NCBI GenBank assembly: GCA_020635695.1 | Contig: JACJZH010000007.1 | Location: 417-64,416, forward strand | From: Flavobacteriales bacterium | GTDB taxonomy: Bacteria > Bacteroidota > Bacteroidia > Flavobacteriales_F > PHOS-HE28 | Direction of reading: 5' to 3' | DNA length: 64,000 nt | Shown here: positions 48,716 through 57,188 of the stretch, piece after piece | Position numbering within the stretch: the stretch's first letter is position 1 | Layout: every line of letters starts with the position of its first letter | Program-made: the position numbers and the translations under genes | Notes under the pieces: model-generated | The model's input: only the letters and a program-made list of their open reading frames with translations | Database searches by the model: none | What the model was told of the DNA's origin: nothing

Positions 48716-50052
48716 GAGCGTCGTTCGTTCAGGAGGGGTAGTTCCAACCTGAATGTGCTTCCACGGCCGGGCGTGCTCGTGGCATCCACGTGGCCCTGAT
48801 GAGCCTCCGCGATCTGTTTGACATAGTGCAGGCCGAGTCCGAAGCCCTTGACGTTGTGCACATTGCCCGTGGGTACCCGGTAGAACCGCTCGAACACATG
48901 GCGCAGGTCCTCCTTGCGGATGCCGATCCCGTTGTCCCGGACCTCGAGCAGGAAGGAGCCGTTCCGGTCGCGGGTGCGCACCACGATCACCGGAACGTCC
49001 GTGCAATACTTGATGGCATTGTCCAGCAGGTTGCGCACCACGTTCCCCAGGTGCATCCGGTCGCCTCGCACCACGCTGCGTGTGGCCTGGAGCTCCAAGG
49101 TCAGTGAACCCTTTCGTTCCTCGAGCGTGAGCTTCATGGCCCCGGCCACTTCGTGCACCACGGTGTGAAGGTCCACTTCCTCCCGCTTCAGGTGCAGGTT
49201 CTCGCGGTCCAGGGTGGCCAGTTGCAGCACCCGCTCCACCTGCGCCCGCAGACGTTCGTTCTCCTCCCGGATGATGCGCGCATAGGAACGCAGACGTTCA
49301 GGCTCCTGCACGATGTCCGGGTCGGAGAGCACTTCGCTGGAAAGCGCGATGGTGCTGATCGGTGTCTTCAGCTCATGGGTCATGTTCCCGATGAAATCGT
49401 TCTTGATCTCGCTGAGCCGTTTCTGACGCAGGATCACCCAGACGCTGTAGGCGAAGAAGAGGAACACGATGGAGGTCACGATGGCCGGGAAGATCCAGGT
49501 GCTCGCACTCGTGCGTTCAGGGTCCCAGCCTCCCCCTTCCCGTCTCGGAAAGAACACGCCGAAATAATGTCCGTCCTTGTCCAGCTTCAACAGTTCACTG
49601 TGCGGCACCTCCCCCGGGTCCACGCTGTCCGTCAGGCTTACATAGCTGCCATAGACGATGCTGTCCGTGAAGCAGTCGTAGATGCCGTACTCGAAGTCCT
49701 CGTTGATGTTCCTGCGTTCGAACTCGCGCCGCAGCAGGGATTCCAGCAGGTACGGATGAAGGGTGTCGTTGATGGTGACCGCGAAGTAGTTCGGCCGCAC
49801 CTGTTTGACCGCATCGAAGAGGTCCGAAGGGTCCTTGTTGATGGACAGGATGCGCTCGGTCACATTGGTCAGGGCGATGACCACCCGGTCGTTGAACTGC
49901 TTCTCGAGCTGGCTGTGCTGCCTGCGCTGGATCTCCAACTGCTGGCGCTGTACCTGGAAGGCCGTGTCCAACCAGAGCAGTTGAGTGAGCAGGACGCCCA
50001 GGACCGACAGCGAGGCCAGCAGGATGACGGTACCTATGACACGACGGCTCAT
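48712..50052 (-). CDS. Sensor histidine kinase
   Basis: Two TM segments, H-box FIGNMTHELKTPIS, and N/G boxes (NLLDNAIKY, DNGIGI, GFGLGLHYVK). ATGA overlap with the response regulator. Confidence 0.85.
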   Translation of the reverse strand: MSRRVIGTVILLASLSVLGVLLTQLLWLDTAFQVQRQQLEIQRRQHSQLEKQFNDRVVIALTNVTERILSINKDPSDLFDAVKQVRPNYFAVTINDTLHPYLLESLLRREFERRNINEDFEYGIYDCFTDSIVYGSYVSLTDSVDPGEVPHSELLKLDKDGHYFGVFFPRREGGGWDPERTSASTWIFPAIVTSIVFLFFAYSVWVILRQKRLSEIKNDFIGNMTHELKTPISTIALSSEVLSDPDIVQEPERLRSYARIIREENERLRAQVERVLQLATLDRENLHLKREEVDLHTVVHEVAGAMKLTLEERKGSLTLELQATRSVVRGDRMHLGNVVRNLLDNAIKYCTDVPVIVVRTRDRNGSFLLEVRDNGIGIRKEDLRHVFERFYRVPTGNVHNVKGFGLGLHYVKQIAEAHQGHVDATSTPGRGSTFRLELPLLNERRS

Positions 50053-50202
50053 CGGGAGACATGGCAATGATAAGCCCGAGGTGGTGGCGCTGGCCTCTTG
50101 TTAACAGCCCTTTTACAGCCCGATCTGCCGGGGCCCTGCCGAACCTTCCGCCGACCTGCGTGTTCGACCACTACCTTCATTCCGATCCGAAAACCTGAGA
50201 CC

Positions 50203-53200
50203 ATGAGATCCAAACGTCCTTTCAACCGGCCAAGAGGTCGGGACCTCCTTGCGGGAGCGACCCTGGCCTGCATCCTATTGACAGCCCCGGCCGCTGCCCA
50301 GTTGGGTGGCGGAGGTTCCTGTGAAGCCGACGCGGGCACCCTGTCGGGCTTCAAGCCGACGGATTGCCTGCAGACCGGAGGCACCTACATCGGAGGCATC
50401 ACCAACGGCGATGCGGTGATCCCAACGGGCTACCAGCGGATCTTCGTACTGACCGAGGGTCCCGACCTGGTGATCCAACAGACCTCGAACAACCCGATCT
50501 TCCTGGTGACGGCGATCGGGCAGTACACGGTGCACACGCTGGTGTACGACCCGAACACGCTTGACCTGAGCATCGTGGTACCTGGTGTGACCACGGGCTT
50601 CGACGTGAACGCACTGCTGATCCAGGGCGGCGGGGACATCTGCGCGAGCCTGGACGTGACGGGAACGACGATCCTGGTGGACAACCCTGATGCGGGTGGC
50701 CTGTCTGCCGATGCGGAGGAGGTGTGCCTGGACGGGGGAACGGCGATGCTGAGCGCCACGCCCGATGGGAGCGGCTATGCTCCTGCGGGGTACGAGACGC
50801 TGTACGTGCTGACCAGCGGCTCCGGGCTGGTGATCCAGGACGTGAGCACCGCTGCGAGCTTCACGGTGAGCGATACGGGCAGCTACACGATCCATACGTT
50901 GGTGTACGACCCCAACACCCTGGACCTTGGTGTGGTGACCCCTGGGGTGACCACGGGCTTCGATGTGAACGGCCTGCTGCTGCAGGGTGGTGGCGAGATC
51001 TGCGCGGCGTTGGACGTGGCCGGTGCTCCGGTGGACGTGGTGCTCTGCAGCACGACCTGCGAAGCCGACGCGGGCACCCTGTCGGGCTTCAAGCCGACGG
51101 ATTGCCTGCAGACCGGAGGCACCTACATCGGAGGCATCACCAACGGCGATGCGGTGATCCCAGCGGGCTACCAGCGGATCTTCGTACTGACCGAGGGTCC
51201 CGACCTGGTGATCCAACAGACCTCGAACAACCCGATCTTCCTGGTGACGGCGATCGGGCAGTACACGGTGCACACGCTGGTGTACGACCCGAACACGCTT
51301 GACCTGAGCATCGTGGTACCTGGTGTGACCACGGGCTTCGATGTGAACGCACTGCTGATCCAGGGCGGTGGGGACATCTGCGCGAGCCTGGACGTGACGG
51401 GAACGACGATCCTGGTGGACAACCCTGATGCGGGTGGCCTGGCGGCCGATGCGGAGGAGGTGTGCCTGGACGGGGGAACGGCGATGCTGAGCGCCACGCC
51501 CGATGGGAGCGGCTATGCTCCTGCGGGGTACGAGACGCTGTACGTGCTGACCAGCGGCTCCGGGCTGGTGATCCAGGACGTGAGCACCGCTGCGAGCTTC
51601 ACGGTGAGCGATACGGGCAGCTACACGATCCATACGTTGGTGTACGACCCCAACACCCTGGACCTTGGTGTGGTGACCCCTGGGGTGACCACGGGCTTCG
51701 ATGTGAACGGCCTGCTGTTGCAGGGTGGTGGCGAGATCTGCGCGGCGTTGGACGTGGCCGGTGCTCCGGTGGACGTGGTGTTCTGCAGCACGACCTGCGA
51801 AGCCGACGCGGGAACGATCACGACCGATGCCTTTGAGACCTGTCTGACGGGTGGGACGGCGACCGTATCCGCGACCCCTGACGGGAACTCCACGGTTCCG
51901 GCCGGCTATCAGACGCTCTATGTGCTCACCGAAGGTGCAGGCCTGGTGATCATGCAGGTGGACATGTCCCCCTCGTTCGAAGTCTCCAATGAAGGCTCCT
52001 ACACGGTGCATACGCTGATCTACGACCCGAACACCTTGGACCTGAGCACGGTTACGCCGGGCGTTACGACGGGCTTTGATGTGAACGGTCTGCTGATCCA
52101 GGGTGGAGGTAGCATCTGCGCAAGCCTGGACGTGTCGGGTGCGCCGACCTTGGTGGTCGACTGTCCGCCTACGTGCCCGGCCAATGCAGGTACCTTGACA
52201 GCTCTTGCGGATACGGTCTGTCTGGACGGCGGTATCGCCGAGATCACGGTTCTGCCCAATGGCGATCAGGTGGTCCCGGCCGGTTTCGTTCCCTTCTATG
52301 TGCTGACCAGCGGTCCGGGTCTGGTGATCGAGGCAGCGGGTTCCTCCCCGCTCTTCCAGCTCACCACTCCAGGAGACTACACGGTGCATTCCTTGGTGTA
52401 CGACCCCACCACCTTGGACCTATCCATCGTGGAGCCGGGCGTGACGACGGGTTTTGATGTGAACGCTCTGCTGATCCAAGGAGGCGGCTCCATCTGCGCC
52501 AGCCTCGATGTGCCCGGTGTGCCGGTGGTGGTGGAGGATTGCTCCCCGACCTGTGAGGCCGATGCCGGTGGGCTCACGGCCGATTCCGAGGACGTCTGCC
52601 TGCAGGGTGGCGGTCCGGTGACCATCAGCGCGACTCCGGACGGCAACAGCGTGGTACCTCCGGGTTACAGTGAGGTCTATGTCCTGACCTCCGGAACGGA
52701 CCTTGTGATCGAATCCACCAATGCATCGCCGAGCTTCGATGTTTCCGGTCCGGGGTCCATACCATCCACACGCTGGTGTACGACCCGAACACGCTCGACC
52801 TGAGCATCGTGGTGCCTGGCGTGACCACGGGCTTCGAGGTGAACGCACTGCTGATCCAGGGCGGAGGTAGCATCTGTGCGAGCTTGGATGTGCTCGGAGC
52901 CAAGGTGGTCGTGGCAGACCCCGATGCAGGCACGATCACGGCCGATGATGCCACGGTCTGCCTGGACAACGCGACGGTGACGATCAGTGCCACCCCCGAC
53001 GGCAACTCGGTGGAACCGATGTTCTACCAGACCGTGTATGTGCTGACCTCCGGTCCGGACCTGGTGATCCAGGACGCCGGGGCCGCTCCCAGTTTCTCGG
53101 TCAGTGACACCGGCAGCTACATCATCCACACGCTGGTGTACGATCCGAACACGCTTGACCTGGGCATCGTGGAGCCCGGCGTGACCACGGGCTTCGACGT

Positions 53201-53588
53201 GAACGGACTGCTGGTGCAAGGCGGCGGCTCCATCTGTGCGAGCCTGGACGTGGCCGGTGCTCCGGTGTCGGTCATCGATTGTCCGAACGTGGACGGCCAG
53301 GGCACGGCACTGGCCGGAGCGGCATCGGTGGATGCGGAACTCTCCTTCTGGCCGAACCCGGCCTCCAACGAACTGCAGGTGGTCCTGAACAATGTCCCGC
53401 CGGGTCGTGTTGAAGTTCTGGTGTTCGACCAAATGGGCAGACAGGCCATGACCCCGATGGTGTTCAGCGTGGACGGAGGTCTTTTCCGGACGACGCTTGA
53501 CGTGGAGCAATTGCCGACCGGCATGCACCACCTGGTGGTCAGCCACGCCAAGGGTCGCATCAGCGAACGGTTCATGACGACGGACTGA
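50203..53588 (+). CDS. T9SS type-A-sorted adhesin-like protein with eight ~123-aa modules (frameshift near 52755-52758)
   Basis: Signal peptide from the ATG at 50203. Eight modules each contain (S/Q)YT(V/I)HTLVYDPNTLDL..PGVTTGFDVN.LL.QGGG.ICA.LDV. ORFs 50098..52803 and 52776..53588 join as GPGS(Y)TIHTLVYDP. C-terminal sorting domain LSFWPNPASNELQVV..LPTGMHHLVV. Confidence 0.8.
50320..51795 (+). repeat. Near-identical tandem duplication, 2 x 738 bp, in frame
   Basis: Unit boundaries at 50320, 51058 and 51796 (TG(T/C) GAA GCC GAC GCG GG). I found fewer than ten mismatches by eye between the copies. Confidence 0.85.
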
Positions 53589-53669
53589 CGCTTTTGGTCC
53601 GGTGAAGGCGGGGCTTGGGAAGCTTTCGAGCGACCCGGGTCCCGCCGAGACCGGCAAGCCGATCGAGTG

Positions 53670-53701
53670 ACAGGCCTCCGGAACGGGGGCCTGTTCCTTT
53701 T
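53670..53701 (+). terminator. Rho-independent terminator candidate for the adhesin gene
   Basis: 10-bp stem ACAGGCCTCC/GGGGGCCTGT (one G-U pair), loop GGAAC, then TCCTTTT. Confidence 0.5.
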
Positions 53702-53756
53702 CCGGGCCGGCAGTGGTCCATCGGCCATGCTGCTGAGGCCCCCGACGTTCAGGCAC

Positions 53757-53787
53757 GAAAAAGCCCCCGACCTGAGGCCGGGGGCTT
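53757..53787 (-). terminator. Rho-independent terminator candidate for the RRM gene
   Basis: On the minus strand: AAGCCCCCG, a 9-nt loop, CGGGGGCTT, then TTTC (U5 run including the stem end). Confidence 0.55.
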
Positions 53788-53810
53788 GCTCATTTCAGAA
53801 CGATGTGCGC

Positions 53811-54152
53811 TTAGTACTCGTCCCGGCGGTAGCTGCGGCGCTCCTCGCGGTAGCCACCACGGTCGTTGCCGCCGCGGAAGCCTCCGCGATCGCCGCCCCG
53901 GTCACCCTGCGGGCGGGGACGGGCCTCGTTGACCACCAGGTCGCGGCCGTGGAAGCTCTGACCGTTGGTGCCTTCGATCGCCTGGCGGGCGGAGTTGTCA
54001 TCAGGCATCTCCACGAAACCGAAGCCGCGGCTGCGGTTCGTCTCGCGGTCCATGATGATCTTGGCCGAGGACACTTCACCGTACTGTTCGAAAAGCTCGA
54101 GCAGGTCGGCATCCTTGGCTTGGTAGGAAATGTTGGCGACGTAAATGTTCAT
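53811..54152 (-). CDS. RRM-type RNA-binding protein with RGG/arginine-rich tail
   Basis: RNP2 NIYVANI, RNP1 RGFGFVEM, and a C-terminal GDRGGDRGGFRGGNDRGGY. Confidence 0.9.
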   Translation of the reverse strand: MNIYVANISYQAKDADLLELFEQYGEVSSAKIIMDRETNRSRGFGFVEMPDDNSARQAIEGTNGQSFHGRDLVVNEARPRPQGDRGGDRGGFRGGNDRGGYREERRSYRRDEY

Positions 54153-54232
54153 GTGTTCTACTGAGGTGTTCGTTGATCACGTCTGTACCGCCATTGTTCC
54201 GCCAAATGAACGACAGGGGGCCTAGGACGGCA

Positions 54233-54240
54233 CGAAGCTA
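54233..54240 (-). promoter_or_regulatory. -7 box variant TAGCTTCG (minus strand)
   Basis: The forward sequence CGAAGCTA lies about 80 nt upstream of the RRM gene ATG, which implies a long 5' UTR. Confidence 0.3.
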
Positions 54241-54297
54241 GGGTAAATGCGACCGCCGGGGTGTTAATGGCCGAAAAAAACCTGTGGCACCGGCCCT

Positions 54298-55800
54298 TCA
54301 GACCAGGCTGCCCAGGAACCGGCCCACACGGAACAGGTCCTGTGCCGGAACGCCACCGGGACCTTCCTTCCAGCCTTCGCGCAGGCCCAGCAGCAGGAAC
54401 ACCGCACGTTGCCCGGTTCCCGCCAGGTCCAGGTCCACCGCGGGTTTCAGGAGGTAGGCGCCGCCCCTGGGCGATCCGGCGAAGGACGGTCCTTGGGGTC
54501 GGAACAGGTACCAGTCAGCATCCCCTTTCACCACCATGCGGCCGATCAGCTCACCGGTCACAGGCAGGTCGGCGTGGATCGCCCCCGCACCGCCCGAATT
54601 CCCCCGAAGCCCCTTCAGCAGGGTCACTCGGCGGCCGGAGAGGTCGTCTCCGTGCTTCGCGATGGGCAGGAACAGCCGGAAGAGGTTGGATGCCGGACGC
54701 ACCGGGGCCAGGTAGCCCCGTACCAGCACGAAGTTGCTGAAGCTCAGCGCCAGGAAGACCAGCATGGCGGCCATCAGCTGCCAGCCGCCCAGCAGCATGC
54801 CCATGGCCCGTTCCCGGCCATCGAGCAGGAACACCAGCACCCAGGCCAGCAGGAAGATGGCCAGCATCCCATTGATGATCCGGTACCTGAACATGGCGCT
54901 CGCCAGCTTGATCCCCGGATGGAAGCGGGGTGACAGGTTCAGCAGGTTGTTCTTCATGATCACCCACAACTGGATGCTGCCCAGGAAGAACACGATGGTG
55001 AGGACCACCGGACGCCCCGGGGCCAGCAGCCAGAGGTCGTAGAAGCCGTGTGCCAGCGAGGCGAGCACCAGGCCCAGCAGCAACGCCGGCACCCAGGGCC
55101 GCTTCCGGTGCAGGGCCAGCGCCACGCTGTAGCAGACGATCGAGGTGTCGAACATGTGCGCCACGCTGGCCAGCAGGGCACGGCCCGTCACGGCCGTCAG
55201 GCGGGTGCTCTCCAGGTACAGGGTGTTCTCCATGAAGGCGAAGCCCAGCGCGGCGATGGAGCCGTACAACAGGTGGTCGAAGGGCTCGTCCACCTGCCGG
55301 GTGAGGCGCCAGATCAGCAGGTAGGGCAGCAGCTTCACCACCTCCTCCACCAGGCCGATGGCCACCACCGAATACACCAGGTCGTCCCACAGGTCGCCGG
55401 TGAGCGCCATGCCCGTGGCTCCCCGCAGCCAGGCCGTGATCGGGAACACCAGCAGGGTGCTGCCACAGGCCATCACGAACGTGAGCAGCTCCGCCCAGAT
55501 CCGTTCCCGCTCGAACACGTCCAGCCAGGTGAGGTAGCGGTACCAGGTGTAGGAGATCATGGCCGACAACCCCACGCTGGCCACGAACAGCCAGCCCCCG
55601 TTGCCGGCCAGGATGCCTTCCATTCCGCTCACGTGCACGAACAGCCAGGGACCCACCAGCAGGAAGGCGAAGAAGAGCCCGGCCCGTCCCAGGGGCATCC
55701 GCCACAGCGGCGTGCCACGCGCCTCCGATCGGGCCAGGCGCAGGTCGCCGGTCAGCTGCATCAGCAGCAACACGACCAAGGCACCGAGCACGACGTACAT
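54298..55800 (-). CDS. PrsW-family intramembrane protease-like protein with extended C-terminal region
   Basis: Multi-TM N-terminal half with the EE motif (GLVEEVVKLLPY), ..GFAFMENTLY.. and ..HGFYDLWLL. About 170 extra C-terminal residues (two more TM segments plus a soluble tail). Confidence 0.75.
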   Translation of the reverse strand: MYVVLGALVVLLLMQLTGDLRLARSEARGTPLWRMPLGRAGLFFAFLLVGPWLFVHVSGMEGILAGNGGWLFVASVGLSAMISYTWYRYLTWLDVFERERIWAELLTFVMACGSTLLVFPITAWLRGATGMALTGDLWDDLVYSVVAIGLVEEVVKLLPYLLIWRLTRQVDEPFDHLLYGSIAALGFAFMENTLYLESTRLTAVTGRALLASVAHMFDTSIVCYSVALALHRKRPWVPALLLGLVLASLAHGFYDLWLLAPGRPVVLTIVFFLGSIQLWVIMKNNLLNLSPRFHPGIKLASAMFRYRIINGMLAIFLLAWVLVFLLDGRERAMGMLLGGWQLMAAMLVFLALSFSNFVLVRGYLAPVRPASNLFRLFLPIAKHGDDLSGRRVTLLKGLRGNSGGAGAIHADLPVTGELIGRMVVKGDADWYLFRPQGPSFAGSPRGGAYLLKPAVDLDLAGTGQRAVFLLLGLREGWKEGPGGVPAQDLFRVGRFLGSLV

Positions 55801-55944
55801 GGCCCGGCAAGATCGGCAACCGGCCGCATCCCAGGGGCTTTGTCATGCCAACGTCAGAAGTCGGTCACGGACGAACGAAAGGTGGCGAACGGCATTTGTG
55901 GGAACGTACGACCGCCCGTCCTTCGCGGCCCGAGAACAAGACCC

Positions 55945-57176
55945 ATGATCCGTACCCTTACCCCCGTCCTCCTCCTGGCCCTGGCGCTTCCCGCCACCGC
56001 CCAGAACACCGTCACCGTCTCCACCGCCGCCGGCAATGCCGAACAGGTCTGGTACAGCCTCCAGAACGGCGAAGTGGCCACCGCCGCCCTGGCCGACTGG
56101 GACCTCGCCTTCGAGATCGCCGGCTTCACCGCCTCCATCCGCGTGAACACCCAGAAGGGCATGCGCGTGTTCAAGGCACCCTACGCCGTGCAGGACTGGG
56201 CGTCGTTGGACACCACCGGCATGCTGGCGACCTGGAAGGAAGTGCACGACAGCGACACCTCCTGGAGCCACGGGGCCCTGAACGATGGCCTCACCAGCAA
56301 CGAGTTCGACCTCGGTTGGGGCGTGTACAACCAGGTGACCCACATCGTGGCCGGCGACAGCGCCTTCGTGCTGCAACTGGCCAACGGCGACTGGAAGAAG
56401 CTCCGCATCGACGGGCTGGCCACCGGCACTTATGCTTTCACCTGGGCGAACGTGGATGGCAGCGATGAGCAGAGCGGAAGCCTGAACAAGGGCGCCTTCA
56501 TGGGCAAGAACTTCGGCTATTACAGCTTCGCCAACGGCGTGGCGGACCTCGAGCCGCTCAGCGCCGACTGGGACCTGGTCTTCACCAAGTTCATCGGCTA
56601 CGTGCCCTCGGCCTATCCCGTCGCCGGCGTGCTGCAGAACAAGGACGTGCCCGCCCTGCAGATCGATGGCGTGCCCACCGATCAGGCCGACTGGACCTCC
56701 GCGCCCTTCGACAGCGTGATCAACGTGATCGGCAGCGACTGGAAGACCTTCAACATGCAGACCTTCCAGTACGAGTACCCCGCCGACCGCACCTACTTCG
56801 TGAAGGACCGCTCCGGCAACGTGTGGAAGCTCATTTTCACGGAATATGGGGGCAGCGCCAACGGCGACATGACCTTCACGCAGGAACTGGTGAGCGCCAC
56901 CAGCGTGGACGAGCTGACCGCCGATCGGGGTGTGGTCACCGTGTACCCGATGCCCGTGCAGAACGGCCTGGCCAACCTGGTGCTGGACGTGCCCGTGCGG
57001 CAGCTGGACGTCACCGTGCACGACCTGGGTGGCCGCGTGGTGCGGCAGGAACGCCTCGGCGGGCTGGACGGCCTGGTGCAGCGCACCATCGACCTGGCGG
57101 GAACGCCCGCAGGCTTGTACGTGATGCGCCTGCAGGCCCCGGTTTCGATCGCAGCGTGCGCCTGGTGGTGGAGTAA
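55945..57176 (+). CDS. HmuY-like protein carrying a T9SS type-A sorting domain (frameshift in the C run at 57137-57140)
   Basis: Signal peptide MIRTLTPVLLLALALPATAQ, and VWYSL..ADWDLAFE typical of the HmuY family. The C-terminal VYPMPVQNGLANLVL..AGLYVMRLQAP continues in another frame as GFDRSVRLVVE, with the stop at 57176. Confidence 0.7.
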
Positions 57177-57188
57177 GCCCATTCGACG

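Noticed and set aside
50275-52389. A 704-aa minus-strand ORF with internal repeats, and many short repeated ORFs at 50.3-53.0 kb.
   Set aside because: The repetition merely mirrors the adhesin's coding repeats on the opposite strand or in other frames. There is no independent coding signal.
50320-53300. A possible CRISPR array or other non-coding repeat array.
   Set aside because: The repeat units are 369-738 bp, contiguous with no spacers, and in frame within one long ORF. No cas genes are present.
50203-53588. A diversity-generating retroelement or invertase-driven phase variation acting on the repetitive adhesin.
   Set aside because: I see no reverse transcriptase, template repeat with adenine-specific differences, recombinase or inverted-repeat switch anywhere in the window.
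53589-53810. Short ORFs in the adhesin/RRM intergenic region (53615..53932 and 53667..54164).
   Set aside because: They overlap two terminator hairpins and the antisense of the RRM gene, and their low-complexity Arg/Pro/Ala translations look non-coding.
55801-55944. A cobalamin or other riboswitch upstream of the HmuY-like/TonB receptor locus (contains GGTGGCGAACGG and GGGAA).
   Set aside because: The gap is only ~145 nt. There is no B12-box (GCCACTG-like) and no recognisable multi-stem architecture. The resemblance is limited to short G-rich words common in this genome.
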